This document shows, one piece after another, positions 38,595-48,823 of a stretch of DNA of 64,000 nt. Both the position numbers and the translations under genes were made by a program. Location of the stretch: IMG/VR virus record IMGVR_UViG_3300017763_003721; one strand, given 5' to 3'. The notes beneath the pieces are model-generated. The model saw nothing but the letters and a program-made list of their open reading frames with translations. It ran no database searches and was not told the DNA's origin. How positions within the stretch are numbered: position 1 is the first letter of the stretch; each line of letters starts with the position of its first letter. The DNA is from an uncultured virus (IMG/VR IMGVR_UViG_3300017763_003721) (taxonomy: Duplodnaviria; Heunggongvirae; Uroviricota; Caudoviricetes).

Positions 38595-39670
38595 ATTTAA
38601 AAAAACTGTTAAAACAAGCAGAAATAGATGCTAAAAAAGATTTAAAAAATATTAATTTGTGCTTGTCAAACAGATGTAATGCAACGTGTATATGGTGCCC
38701 ATCAACAAGAGGCACTAATCATAACTATGACATGCCTTGGTCTACTGCTAAAAAAATAATTGATGAATTAGCAGATCCAGCTTATCCGTTTGAAACAAAA
38801 ATGATACATTTATCAGAAAATGGCGAAGCCATATATAATCCAGACTTTTTAAAAATATGTAGATATATTAAAGAAAAATTACCTAATACAGCAGTAAACT
38901 TACTAAGTAATTTTGGTATGATGACAAGTAAATTATCTAAAATACTATTAGAAGAAAACTTGCTGTCTTCATTACAAGTTAATATTGATGGGCATGATGC
39001 AGAAAGCTATACAGCAGTGAAAGGTATTCCATATCATTCTGTAATTTCAAATGTAATTCATTTTGTAAATCATATGAAAGATATAAACCCAAAATTTGAT
39101 TTTTGTATAAATGTAATGCCTGCGTTTGAATATGCTGTAACAGTAGCATCAGTATTTAAAAGACCTCCTGAACAAGTAGACGGCGAAGTTCCTTACAGTG
39201 ATTTTGACCTTGTAGAAAAAAGTTTACGTAATTTTTTACCAGATGAAATAAGAATAAGGCATTCTAAAGCTGGACTTTGGGCAGAACGTAGACAAGTAGC
39301 TAATGGACTAGCACCAAGACATCCTGACACTAGTAAACTTGACTGCCCTATGATAGAACGAGTAGAAGAAGAGGCGTTCATTGCACCTAATGGCGATTGG
39401 TATCCGTGTTGCTTAGATGACAATCAAGATATAGTATTAGGTAATGTTATTAAAAATACGTTGCTAGAAATTTTTAATAACGATACACGCAAAAAGTTTA
39501 TCAAACTCTTAAAAACAAGACAATGGGAAGAAATTGGATATCCTTGTAATACTGTTGAGTGTTGTCAAATTATAACACTACCAAAAGAGATATATACTAG
39601 AGAGTATGGAAATTATACGGCTGGAAGTAAAATTATTCTTAATCAGCCAAGAGATAGTGTGGCGACTTAA
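38591..39670 (+). CDS. Radical SAM protein with SPASM/twitch domain
   Basis: CNATCIWC; C-x-...GDWYPCC...LGNV. Confidence 0.88.
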   Translation: MNLKKLLKQAEIDAKKDLKNINLCLSNRCNATCIWCPSTRGTNHNYDMPWSTAKKIIDELADPAYPFETKMIHLSENGEAIYNPDFLKICRYIKEKLPNTAVNLLSNFGMMTSKLSKILLEENLLSSLQVNIDGHDAESYTAVKGIPYHSVISNVIHFVNHMKDINPKFDFCINVMPAFEYAVTVASVFKRPPEQVDGEVPYSDFDLVEKSLRNFLPDEIRIRHSKAGLWAERRQVANGLAPRHPDTSKLDCPMIERVEEEAFIAPNGDWYPCCLDDNQDIVLGNVIKNTLLEIFNNDTRKKFIKLLKTRQWEEIGYPCNTVECCQIITLPKEIYTREYGNYTAGSKIILNQPRDSVAT

Positions 39671-39691
39671 TACGCCCGCCGGGGATCACGG

Positions 39692-40111
39692 TTAATCCCC
39701 AATTATATATATTTCGGGTGTTTTAGGATTATTTACAGTAACTTCTATAAACTGTGATAGAAATGTAAAATGTTTAGCTAACGACTCAAATAATTTACCG
39801 TTCATGTAGTCTGCCGCTACAGAATAACTTCCAATACCAATATCTTGATAGTACTGTTTGTTAATACCATGCTTTTTGCCGTAGTCAGGAAATACGCCAG
39901 TTACAAATAAACATGTATCGCCTAGTTCTTTAGGGCTTCTATTGTTCATGTAACTTTCAGCAAATGTGCCTTTAGGTAAAAAGTCAGGTTGATCGACTTT
40001 AGATGCTAACAGCATAACAACGTAAGCTTCTATGTGGTTTGGAAGAGTGTAACCAGTATGCTCTTGGGTTTCTTTAACAACGCTATAAAAAGCGTTAGTA
40101 TAATAGTCCAT
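39692..40111 (-). CDS. Hypothetical protein
   Basis: KELGDTCLFVTGVFP; minus-strand TAAATA near 40140. Confidence 0.6.
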   Translation of the reverse strand: MDYYTNAFYSVVKETQEHTGYTLPNHIEAYVVMLLASKVDQPDFLPKGTFAESYMNNRSPKELGDTCLFVTGVFPDYGKKHGINKQYYQDIGIGSYSVAADYMNGKLFESLAKHFTFLSQFIEVTVNNPKTPEIYIIGD

Positions 40112-40187
40112 TATTAATAGCCTTCTTTAGTTTGTATAGTATTTATTCGGTTGCAATATTCTACAATTGTGCTATAATAAGTACTAT

Positions 40188-41303
40188 ATGAATATAGATA
40201 AACTACATAATATTTGGTCGATAGAATCCAAACACATAGTAGCTGACGAATTTACAGGCTATGAATCCGTATACAATCAATTAGATACATTTACAAAAGA
40301 CGTATACGATAAAGATCCTGAAGGTACTATCGATCGTGTGTTCGATATCTATCGAACTATTGGATTAGTTCCAATAGTATATTATACTGAACAAGGCGTC
40401 AAAGATGCTATTAAAAAGTTTAAGCATCAAAGCTACAATTCAGTGTCTGATAATCGTATTGGCTTAGGAAACAATCAAGGCCAAACAATTAATAGATTTA
40501 TGTTTCCTAACATGATGACAGCAGAACCAAAAGGTCGTGGGTCAAATAGCTTACGAGATAGGTTTTGGAATGATGCTAAACTTCGTCGTGCTATCCGTAT
40601 ATGCTTTGAGTTTCGCGATGGCAATAATCTTGTATATCCTACTGCACTACGCCGTAGTCTCGAACTTGTTACTGGTGAAAATATACAAAACTTTAAAGCT
40701 CAAAACGCACGAGCCATTGTTGAACATTTGTGTCCTGTTATGTTTGGTAATGTATATGATTACAGTATGGGGTACGGTGGTAGACTTCTTGGAATAACTT
40801 CTAGCAACATGCGATACAATTACACTGGTATTGACCCCAATACCGAAACAATTGAAGGATTAAAATACTTAAATACATTGTTGGACAATCCTGGAACACT
40901 AGTCCAAAATGTCAGTGAAGAATATCAGCCTACTGACATTGATCTAGCGTTTAGTAGTCCACCTTATTTTAATTTAGAGAAATATAGCGAAGAAGAAACA
41001 CAATGTATGGTAAGGTATACAACATTAGATGAATGGTTTAGCGGATATGTATCTCCTACTATGGACCGAATACGTGAAGGACTTAACTCGGACGGAGTCT
41101 TTGCTACCAATATCGCAGACTACAAAAGTTACGGAAACAAGGAATACCAAGTTGTGGATCGCTGGATCCAAATGGCTGAGAATAAAGGTTTCGAACATAC
41201 TAGCACAATTAAGATGATGCTAAACACAAGACCAGGAGTTGGCAATGATAAACTATCTGGACGAGAAAAGTTCGAAGGCGTGTATGTATTTAGGAGAAAA
41301 TGA
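40188..41303 (+). CDS. SAM-dependent DNA amino-methyltransferase (SPPY type)
   Basis: YDYSMGYGGRLLG motif I and FSSPPYFNLE motif IV. Confidence 0.8.
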   Translation: MNIDKLHNIWSIESKHIVADEFTGYESVYNQLDTFTKDVYDKDPEGTIDRVFDIYRTIGLVPIVYYTEQGVKDAIKKFKHQSYNSVSDNRIGLGNNQGQTINRFMFPNMMTAEPKGRGSNSLRDRFWNDAKLRRAIRICFEFRDGNNLVYPTALRRSLELVTGENIQNFKAQNARAIVEHLCPVMFGNVYDYSMGYGGRLLGITSSNMRYNYTGIDPNTETIEGLKYLNTLLDNPGTLVQNVSEEYQPTDIDLAFSSPPYFNLEKYSEEETQCMVRYTTLDEWFSGYVSPTMDRIREGLNSDGVFATNIADYKSYGNKEYQVVDRWIQMAENKGFEHTSTIKMMLNTRPGVGNDKLSGREKFEGVYVFRRK

Positions 41304-41515
41304 TGACAATTGAATCAATTTATAAGAAAGAAGATATCTTTAAAAATGTCAATGAAGAGGAAGGTACAGTTGACATGATTATTCCAGACGATGTCAAAAC
41401 TAGAATGGGATGGAAACCCGGCGATATTTTAGTGTTCAAAGTTTTGGAAAACGGAGGTTTGGAAATTACCAAAAAACCTATGTTCGAAAAAGATGTTGAC
41501 GAAACAGAAAAATAA
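41300..41515 (+). CDS. AbrB/MazE-type DNA-binding protein
   Basis: IPDDVKTRMGWKPGDIL. Confidence 0.65.
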   Translation: MMTIESIYKKEDIFKNVNEEEGTVDMIIPDDVKTRMGWKPGDILVFKVLENGGLEITKKPMFEKDVDETEK

Positions 41516-41557
41516 TGTTATAATAAATTATAGTTATATGCACATAGGATAATATTA

Positions 41558-42040
41558 ATGGAAGTTATTATTAAAGGTGGATCAGCAACACAAAGAAAGT
41601 ATGCTGAGAGTATCACATATTTTGTGTGTAAAAAATTGATGCCACGTATGAAAAATATTGTTATTAATATTCATATCAAAAACTTTGGTAAAGATGATAC
41701 CCTTGGTTATTGCTTACCCGATGACTGTGCGGACGAACAACGTCCAAGAGAATTTAATATTGAAATTAACAAATCTACGAGACTACGTAGAATGCTAGAA
41801 ACTGTAGCACATGAACTAGTGCATGCAAAGCAGTTTGCTAGGGGTGAATTGTATTGGAGTTGCGTTAAAGGTCAAAACCGTTGGCAGGGTGAATGGCTCA
41901 GCAATACTAAAAAAGCAGTAAAAGACTATTGGGATAATCCTTGGGAAATTGAAGCACATGGTCGCGAGTGTGGATTATTTGTACGTTGGGCCCAACAAGA
42001 AAAGCTTTCCAGTCGAAAATGGGCAAAGGATTTGAATTAA
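41558..42040 (+). CDS. Zinc metallopeptidase-like (HExxH) phage protein
   Basis: TVAHELVHAKQ and Y...PWEIEA. Confidence 0.7.
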   Translation: MEVIIKGGSATQRKYAESITYFVCKKLMPRMKNIVINIHIKNFGKDDTLGYCLPDDCADEQRPREFNIEINKSTRLRRMLETVAHELVHAKQFARGELYWSCVKGQNRWQGEWLSNTKKAVKDYWDNPWEIEAHGRECGLFVRWAQQEKLSSRKWAKDLN

Positions 42041-42624
42041 TGGGCTCTTTGCCATTAATAGAATATATTGATATTTTTCCTTTACTAGTTACCAAACAAG
42101 ATATTAGTAATTACAAAGAAGAAGATGAAGTTATAAAAGAAATACTTACATCATCTAAACTAAGCACACACGATTTAATCGAAAAAGGCAGTAGAGCTTA
42201 TACTAATAATTTTTTAGAAAAATATCCTGACCTTATGTCCCGTATACAAGGTGCAGTAGATAATTATGCTGATAAAGTTGGACTACAAAGACCTTTAGTA
42301 AAACAATCTTGGTATATAGTTTATAATGATGAAGGCAAAATTGATCGGCATAATCATAGTGGCAGTGTAGTAAGTGGTGCATACTATCCTTATATTGAAA
42401 AAGGATATACTGAAATTGTACTCGAAAATCCTACAATGGTACTAAGGTCTACTGATCCTATTATTTCACCTAATAACTACTCAACGCAAGCTAAAACAAT
42501 AACAGTGAAAGCTGGAACACTTATATTATTTCCTAGCTATATGTATCACTGGACAACCCCAAATAAAAATGGTAAAAGATGTGTTGTAAGTTTTAATTCA
42601 TTTATTGACCCCATTTTAGATTGA
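42040..42624 (+). CDS. 2OG-Fe(II) oxygenase (TIGR02466-like)
   Basis: HNH...SGAYY...LILFPSYMYH...R...SFN. Confidence 0.8.
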   Translation: MGSLPLIEYIDIFPLLVTKQDISNYKEEDEVIKEILTSSKLSTHDLIEKGSRAYTNNFLEKYPDLMSRIQGAVDNYADKVGLQRPLVKQSWYIVYNDEGKIDRHNHSGSVVSGAYYPYIEKGYTEIVLENPTMVLRSTDPIISPNNYSTQAKTITVKAGTLILFPSYMYHWTTPNKNGKRCVVSFNSFIDPILD

Positions 42625-42717
42625 CATCTAAACTAAAGATGTTATTATATAAGTGTAGCTAGTATTTCGATACACACTACACTAACGCAAAATTAAAGTA
42701 GCGAACCGGAGAATAAA

Positions 42718-43824
42718 ATGAAAACCAAAGTATACAACCGTCAGGTTGAAATCAACAAGTATCTCAAAAAATTCAAAACACCTTTCGAAATGAAAGACGA
42801 TGCTATTGACACCCGCACAATGGCAGAAAACTATCACAATGGTATTATACCATTAGAGGACATTGCAGGTGCAATAAGCATAGCACTAGGTCCTAACAAG
42901 AAACCAATTCCAACACCAGATCCATACGACCCTGCAATAGGCATTGTAAAGTTTGGCTATGTACAGTGGAGTAGTATGTATCTTTGGCCACGTTTCCAAC
43001 GTGATGTAGCGCCTAACCATTTGTATAAGATCGAACAAGACTTCGATCACACTTGTGTAATTGTACCAACTGCTATTAAGATAGACGACAAGTATATGTT
43101 ATGGGACGGACATCATACTGCACAAAGTATGAAGCGTCAAAACTATACACAATTTCCTGTTTGGTATATTGATACTGCTATGATTACAGACGAGCAAGTG
43201 CAAGAAGCAGGATTTGACGATAAAACCGAATATGCAGTTTGGCTTGCTGGACAAAATATGATACGTATTAATAGTCGTAACAAACGAAAGCTACATGCAT
43301 ATGACGAGTTTATGATACTACTAGAAACAAAAGATGCTGATAGTGTAAAAATGTATAACATAATGACGTCAGCAGGCTTTACTCCTAAACGTAATCCAAA
43401 CTCACATAATGCATTTAGTCAGATTAAAAGTGGACAAAGCATTTATGAAATGGCAGATGACTACGGTGTAACTGGTAAGTATTTCAAACGTGCTCTACAG
43501 TTTCACAAACGTACTTGGGATCTTGCACCAGCAGAGCTTGAGGTTTGGAGACCACTAGCATTATTGTACAAAATGGCAGAAGTAGAAGGATTTGCTATAG
43601 ACGAAGAGTTTGATATAGAGCTTGGCAAATTATTCAAAAAGAAATTTGGTGATCCTACATCAACACAACTTGCACTCAAGGATAATTACTACAAAGTGCT
43701 AGAGAAGAAAGGCTTTACACAACCCAGAGATCATGATCAATGGCGTGTGTATGACGCACTAATTAACTTGTATAATAAGTCAATTGGACGTATTCAATTG
43801 CCAACTGCACAGTGCCGGTGGTAA
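42718..43824 (+). CDS. ParB/Srx-like domain protein
   Basis: FQRD and LWDGHHT motifs; own promoter at 42622. Confidence 0.55.
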   Translation: MKTKVYNRQVEINKYLKKFKTPFEMKDDAIDTRTMAENYHNGIIPLEDIAGAISIALGPNKKPIPTPDPYDPAIGIVKFGYVQWSSMYLWPRFQRDVAPNHLYKIEQDFDHTCVIVPTAIKIDDKYMLWDGHHTAQSMKRQNYTQFPVWYIDTAMITDEQVQEAGFDDKTEYAVWLAGQNMIRINSRNKRKLHAYDEFMILLETKDADSVKMYNIMTSAGFTPKRNPNSHNAFSQIKSGQSIYEMADDYGVTGKYFKRALQFHKRTWDLAPAELEVWRPLALLYKMAEVEGFAIDEEFDIELGKLFKKKFGDPTSTQLALKDNYYKVLEKKGFTQPRDHDQWRVYDALINLYNKSIGRIQLPTAQCRW

Positions 43825-43825
43825 T

Positions 43826-44215
43826 ATGAAACTGCTATATATGATGCGTGATCCGTTTGGTAAAGGTGGTGTCAAGATTGGCATCACTGGATCCAAAAAA
43901 GCTAAAATAAGACTAGGAGTATATCAAAATAGTTTTCCAGGTAAGAGCCATTTAGCGACATTTAATAAACTGTGGTACGGAAAGAACACGGCTATTAGTG
44001 AACTTGAAAGAGTACTTAAAAACCAATTTGACTATGCTATTGAACTAGATGGACGTGGATTTACAGAATGGGTATATGAAGACGAAACCGTAATCCAAAG
44101 TGCTATAGAAAAGACTATTGAAGGATACGGATTTCATGTTTTTCCGGTTGACACTGACGGAGAAACAGTGTATACTATAGAAGTATTAATAGGAAAACTA
44201 GAGGGGCAAAGATGA
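43826..44215 (+). CDS. GIY-YIG (T5orf172-like) nuclease
   Basis: LYMM...KIGIT...RL...YQ...LE...TEW. Confidence 0.6.
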   Translation: MKLLYMMRDPFGKGGVKIGITGSKKAKIRLGVYQNSFPGKSHLATFNKLWYGKNTAISELERVLKNQFDYAIELDGRGFTEWVYEDETVIQSAIEKTIEGYGFHVFPVDTDGETVYTIEVLIGKLEGQR

Positions 44216-44895
44216 AAGCAGGAATTGAACATGTTAAAACATCTGAAGTACTTGCCGTTGCATCAGCAGCTTATCGTATTAACAATTTTGAGTATATTAA
44301 GGATACTCGACGTTTTAGTACAGAAGAAAACAAAACACAGTTTTCAAACAAGGACATAGTAAAGATGTATTTTGGTCCATATCGTCCAGAGGATTTTGTT
44401 CTTTTTACTCCTAAAGAACAAGACTACGAAGCCGCTGAAGAAATACGTAAATGGATGAAGCGATATGTATTACTTGGATTAGGAGACCTTCCTAGTTTTA
44501 AACGTGATATGATTGAAGCTGCATCACAAGATGAAATTCCACTTAATAAGCTGGGTATCCTAGCTTTTATTCCTGAGTTTGTAAAACGTGACAAACACGA
44601 AACTGGACTAACAAAAGAAATTCGTGTTGAGTATCGTGATAGTAAATATCTTGGTAAAGAAAAAGATAATGTCGAAGGTGTAATTAAAATACTCGACGGT
44701 CGCTATAGTACACATTGGGAAAGCTACAACTATACGGCTGTCATGGATGGCAATTTAGTTAGCTTCATGAATAAGTACAAGCACGAAAACGGTACTATGA
44801 AACGTATCAAAGCTAAAGTAAAAGCACTTACAGAAAATCGACTGTTTGGTGCTGACGAAACTCGTCTTAACTATGTTAAGCTATTTAAGGTGTAA
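44212..44895 (+). CDS. Hypothetical protein with C-terminal OB-fold-like domain
   Basis: IKAKVK...ETRLNYVK. Confidence 0.55.
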   Translation: MKAGIEHVKTSEVLAVASAAYRINNFEYIKDTRRFSTEENKTQFSNKDIVKMYFGPYRPEDFVLFTPKEQDYEAAEEIRKWMKRYVLLGLGDLPSFKRDMIEAASQDEIPLNKLGILAFIPEFVKRDKHETGLTKEIRVEYRDSKYLGKEKDNVEGVIKILDGRYSTHWESYNYTAVMDGNLVSFMNKYKHENGTMKRIKAKVKALTENRLFGADETRLNYVKLFKV

Positions 44896-44898
44896 ATT

Positions 44899-45111
44899 AT
44901 GGAATTTTTTAGTGCAAATGTTTTGTGGTTGCTACTTGCTTATGTAACAGGAAGTGTGTTCACTGGTTATATATTTTATAAGTCTGGTACTAGATTTGGT
45001 ATTGAAAATACTATTGATAGTTTAATTGAACAAGGATTTTTGCGTCACAAAAAGACAGATGGTGAAATAGAGATCATCAAATGGAATGATCACTCAAATC
45101 AAGAAGGTTAA
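44899..45111 (+). CDS. Small membrane-anchored protein
   Basis: N-terminal TM. Confidence 0.55.
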   Translation: MEFFSANVLWLLLAYVTGSVFTGYIFYKSGTRFGIENTIDSLIEQGFLRHKKTDGEIEIIKWNDHSNQEG

Positions 45112-45148
45112 ATACAGTATGCAGAATAATTTAACCAAGGAGAATCTA

Positions 45149-45382
45149 ATGTCACACAAAGAATACAAATTTGATAACAATAAAAAAACTTTAGCAGCAC
45201 ACTTAGAATCAGACGACTATGGTTTGATTGTATCCAAAGATGGAGAATTAAAGGGCATTTGGATACCCGACTCAGCAGAAGATAAAGATATTTTCCCGCA
45301 AGAAATTGCACAATTATGTATCGATCATTTTGGATTAGATCCTAATGCTGATGAGGAATACGCAGGAGCAACGTTACACTAA
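45149..45382 (+). CDS. Hypothetical protein
   Basis: AGGAG RBS before ATG 45149. Confidence 0.55.
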   Translation: MSHKEYKFDNNKKTLAAHLESDDYGLIVSKDGELKGIWIPDSAEDKDIFPQEIAQLCIDHFGLDPNADEEYAGATLH

Positions 45383-45633
45383 TGGATGAACAACAAACAA
45401 CTATACACCAATTAGCCGCCCTTGCCAAAGAAGGAGCAGTAAAAGATCCAATTGATTGGGCTGAACTATCAGTTGAAGAAGATCAAGCATTCCTTATGAT
45501 GGCTTCGCAAGTATTTGAGCAAATGGAAGGCTGTCCTGAAGATCAAAGAGCAGTAGTTGCTATGGCAACTATGACTAAATTATTAGTTGAAAACTTTGTA
45601 CTAAATCTTAGATTAGAAGGAAAGGTAAAATGA
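45382..45633 (+). CDS. Hypothetical protein
   Basis: Coupled ORF. Confidence 0.55.
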   Translation: MDEQQTTIHQLAALAKEGAVKDPIDWAELSVEEDQAFLMMASQVFEQMEGCPEDQRAVVAMATMTKLLVENFVLNLRLEGKVK

Positions 45634-45851
45634 CAACTGAAGAAAATGTTCGGAGAATTGTTGACGAGTTTCTTGAACCTGCTAAAGGTTGGAGTCTAAC
45701 TTCTTCATTTGCTGATCTAGGCAGTGATTCACTTGCTATGATGGAACTAATAATGGAAGTTGAAGATTCCTTTGGTATTGAAGTATCAGATGAAATTGTT
45801 GAAACTCTACAAACCCCAAAAGATTTAATTAACTTTTTAGATAAGGAATAA
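45630..45851 (+). CDS. acpP: Acyl carrier protein
   Basis: DLGSDSLAMMELIMEVEDSFGIEV phosphopantetheine site. Confidence 0.88.
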   Translation: MTTEENVRRIVDEFLEPAKGWSLTSSFADLGSDSLAMMELIMEVEDSFGIEVSDEIVETLQTPKDLINFLDKE

Positions 45852-45853
45852 TT

Positions 45854-46078
45854 ATGAATAACAAGCCCATTTATGCTCAAGAAGTAGAAGTTACTTGTAC
45901 AGGCAATGACAGAGTAGTCACTGCTGAATTTGACAATTTTAGGCTTAATGAATCAATTACTACATTCATTGCTACTAATAAAATTCCTATGAAATGGAAT
46001 GGTAGAGTATATGTAGGCAATGCACATGGTATGGAATTTACAACTCCAGGTCCAAAAGAACTATCAAGGAGACGTTGA
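45854..46078 (+). CDS. Hypothetical protein
   Basis: 74-aa ORF with RBS. Confidence 0.55.
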   Translation: MNNKPIYAQEVEVTCTGNDRVVTAEFDNFRLNESITTFIATNKIPMKWNGRVYVGNAHGMEFTTPGPKELSRRR

Positions 46079-46263
46079 TGCCAATACCCGAAAAAATTTT
46101 TATTCCGGCAGGTAAAGATCCCGGACAGTTTCATTTTTATGTAAGTCTAGTTAAAAGTGCAATAAGAATTGGAGCTGGTATAGCATTGATAATGGGCAGT
46201 TTACTTTGGGCAGGCGCATTATTAATTGCGGCAGAAGTATTAGGAATAGTGGAGGAACTATGA
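46075..46263 (+). CDS. Small membrane protein
   Basis: HFYVSLVKSAIRI...AEVLGIVEEL. Confidence 0.55.
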   Translation: MMPIPEKIFIPAGKDPGQFHFYVSLVKSAIRIGAGIALIMGSLLWAGALLIAAEVLGIVEEL

Positions 46264-46571
46264 ATATAGTAAAAGACAAAGTAGCTGAACTTAAAGGTAT
46301 TCCAACCCGCGATGCTCTAATGGAGAAGTTAGAAAACGAAGTGCTAGAGGTTACTTTCCTAAAAATTAATGGCGACAAACGGATTATGACTTGTACATTA
46401 AAAGATGATATTAAGCCAAAAGCAACCAAAACAGATCCAATGAGCCAAAAGGCTGTTCGAACAGTATCGGATAAGGTGTGTTCGGTATGGGATATTAATG
46501 CTAAGGGATGGCGCAGTTTCCGTTACGACAATGTCCAAGAGATAAAAACGGTTGACAATCCTATCTTATAG
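46260..46571 (+). CDS. WYL_2/SH3-like beta-barrel protein
   Basis: VTFLKINGDKRIMTCTL...VWD...GWRSFR. Confidence 0.7.
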   Translation: MNIVKDKVAELKGIPTRDALMEKLENEVLEVTFLKINGDKRIMTCTLKDDIKPKATKTDPMSQKAVRTVSDKVCSVWDINAKGWRSFRYDNVQEIKTVDNPIL

Positions 46572-46616
46572 TGCTATAATAAGTGTGTAAGTTAAATTAA
46601 TTAAGGGAGAAATGAA

Positions 46617-47156
46617 ATGATTAGATTACTTTTTAGTATTGTACTTGCATCCGCAGTTATGAGTTTTGCATCAGGAGCAAGTGCTGCCGCATTTGTTGTA
46701 CAAGGAACAGTAACTGAGGTTGTTCCAAATACAGTACAAGTCCAAATTCCTGACCATACTGAACAATGTCAAACTATTGATGTTCCAATTTATGGACAAA
46801 GATCAGGCAATGGTGATCCAGTTGTTGGAAATATTCTTGGAGCAATTGTTGGTGGCGTAGTTGGTAATCAGTTTGGCGGGGGAAATGGTAACAAAGCCGC
46901 AACAGCCGCAGGTGCTGCAATTGGTGCAATTACAGGCGGAAACATTGCAAAGAATCAAGGTTCACAACAAGGTAATGTTGTAGGTTATCGTAGAGAAACA
47001 GTTTGTAATATGGTAGAACGTTTCCGATACGAAGAAAAAATTAGAGACTACACTGTAAAATATGAATGGAATGGATATTATGGTGCAGTAGTTACTTACA
47101 ATCAATTCAATGTAGGTGACACAATTAATCTTGATATGGATTTAAGAGCAAAATAA
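46617..47156 (+). CDS. Glycine-zipper 2TM domain exported protein
   Basis: GAIVGGVVGNQFGGGNG..AATAAGAAIGAITG; promoter at 46552. Confidence 0.85.
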   Translation: MIRLLFSIVLASAVMSFASGASAAAFVVQGTVTEVVPNTVQVQIPDHTEQCQTIDVPIYGQRSGNGDPVVGNILGAIVGGVVGNQFGGGNGNKAATAAGAAIGAITGGNIAKNQGSQQGNVVGYRRETVCNMVERFRYEEKIRDYTVKYEWNGYYGAVVTYNQFNVGDTINLDMDLRAK

Positions 47157-47167
47157 AGGAGGAGTTA

Positions 47168-47308
47168 TTGGCGAAAAGACTATTACCGGGTAAGACCCGG
47201 AAATCAAAAGGTAAAACAGTTTCACACAGACCTCAAAGAGCAATGAATGCTTTCTGGGACGAAACTGACCATAAGTGGTATAGCAGAAAGGATGTTGCTA
47301 ATGATTGA
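47168..47308 (+). CDS. 46-aa basic peptide (TTG start)
   Basis: AGGAGGAG RBS; stop overlaps the start of the pseudoazurin gene. Confidence 0.45.
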   Translation: MAKRLLPGKTRKSKGKTVSHRPQRAMNAFWDETDHKWYSRKDVAND

Positions 47309-47747
47309 AAACTACTTAATTAAAATTGTATCTGTATTTGCATTTATGACAATTGGAACATTTGCATTTGGCGGAGACATAGAAGTTGACATGCTCAACA
47401 AACGAGATGACGGAGCAAAGATGGTCTACAGTTTAGACATTATCGATGCTAAAGCTGGTCAAAATATTACTTGGCTTCCGACATCAAAAGGACACAATGT
47501 AGAATTTATTGCAGGACCTGATTCTGCTGAACTACCAAAGAAAAGTAAACTAGGCAAGGAAGTTACACTTTCATTTGATGTACCAGGAGTATATCTTTAT
47601 CAATGCACTCCGCATAAGTCAATGGGTATGATTGGTCTAGTTGTAATTGATGGCAATACTAACAACAAAGACGCTATTGCCGCCAATAAGAAAGTAAAAG
47701 GTAAGAGTAAAAAGAAACTAGAAAAATTAATCTCAGAATTAAACTAA
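47301..47747 (+). CDS. Pseudoazurin (type I blue copper protein)
   Basis: Signal peptide; MLNK...MVY, GHNVE, YQCTPHKSMGM copper ligands. Confidence 0.88.
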   Translation: MIENYLIKIVSVFAFMTIGTFAFGGDIEVDMLNKRDDGAKMVYSLDIIDAKAGQNITWLPTSKGHNVEFIAGPDSAELPKKSKLGKEVTLSFDVPGVYLYQCTPHKSMGMIGLVVIDGNTNNKDAIAANKKVKGKSKKKLEKLISELN

Positions 47748-47756
47748 GGATCTGTT

Positions 47757-48014
47757 ATGCTAACTACCGCTTTAAACAACGCCATAAAGGTGATTGTTAT
47801 ATTACTTGGGATATTATGGACTATTGCCGCAATACCTCCAGTAATTAATACCTACTATTATTTGGACGATTTGACTTGTACAGATGATGGTTGTTCAAAC
47901 TATGAAATTTGGACAGACGAAGAAGAAATACTAGATCTAGAACAAGAGATAAACGAATTAGAAAGACGTTTGGACACTTGTAATTCATTAGTCCAAGATA
48001 ATGTAAAAAAATAG
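47757..48014 (+). CDS. Small membrane-anchored protein
   Basis: N-terminal TM, coiled-coil tail. Confidence 0.5.
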   Translation: MLTTALNNAIKVIVILLGILWTIAAIPPVINTYYYLDDLTCTDDGCSNYEIWTDEEEILDLEQEINELERRLDTCNSLVQDNVKK

Positions 48015-48080
48015 GTTGACAAATGCCCTTTGTGGTGCTATTATAGTAGTATAGTTAATAGAAACACAGAGGGCTTCACA

Positions 48081-48602
48081 ATGTCAGATATATGGGTTAT
48101 AAGCGATACTCATTTTAATCACGACGCAATCCTTACTTTCAAAGATTACGCAGGTAAGCCACCTAGAGGCGGATTTACTGATGTTAATCATATGAACGAA
48201 ACTATGTTGGATAACTGGACTAGTGTTGTAAAGCCTAATGATACTGTTATTCACTGTGGAGATGTATTGTTTGGACACAACAAGGTTGATTGGTTATTAG
48301 CAAACTTTGCAAAGTTGCCTGGTAAGAAAAGGCTTGTCCTTGGAAACCACGACAACTTAAAGTTTCTTAGTCCATTCTTCAAAGATGTTCAGATGTGGAT
48401 TGATATGAGCGACATAGGTTTGTTGTTTACTCACACCCCGCAACATGCAAGTACACTTTCTGAATCACATAGGTTTGGTAAAGGTCCTATATTGAACGTG
48501 CATGGACACATACACAGTAACCCTTCACCAGAAGGACCTTACAAGTGTGTTTGTGTTGAACAAATCAACTACACTCCACTTAACATTGAGGAGTTAGTAT
48601 GA
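48081..48602 (+). CDS. Calcineurin-like metallophosphoesterase
   Basis: SDTH, GD, GNHD, HGHIH; promoter at 48016. Confidence 0.88.
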   Translation: MSDIWVISDTHFNHDAILTFKDYAGKPPRGGFTDVNHMNETMLDNWTSVVKPNDTVIHCGDVLFGHNKVDWLLANFAKLPGKKRLVLGNHDNLKFLSPFFKDVQMWIDMSDIGLLFTHTPQHASTLSESHRFGKGPILNVHGHIHSNPSPEGPYKCVCVEQINYTPLNIEELV

Positions 48603-48823
48603 GCAAGTTCAAAGCAAGATATTTGGTACCTACCATCTTTAAGCCGAAAGGACATTGGATGGTAGGTACTGTTTGGCCTGTAAAAGGTTCTAAAGATAAC
48701 GAGTATAGTGTAGAACTACACGACAAGGGATTTGATTGTGATTGTCCAGGATTTACATTTAGGGGTTCCTGCAAACACAGTCAAGCAATTTTGAACAAAG
48801 TAGAGGGAGTAATGAAATGGTAA
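48599..48823 (+). CDS. SWIM zinc-finger protein
   Basis: CDCPGFTFRGSCKH. Confidence 0.8.
   Translation: MSKFKARYLVPTIFKPKGHWMVGTVWPVKGSKDNEYSVELHDKGFDCDCPGFTFRGSCKHSQAILNKVEGVMKW

Noticed and set aside
37977..39670. Radical SAM/SPASM plus hydrolase as a RiPP cluster
   Set aside because: No adjacent precursor peptide, RRE domain or transporter is visible.
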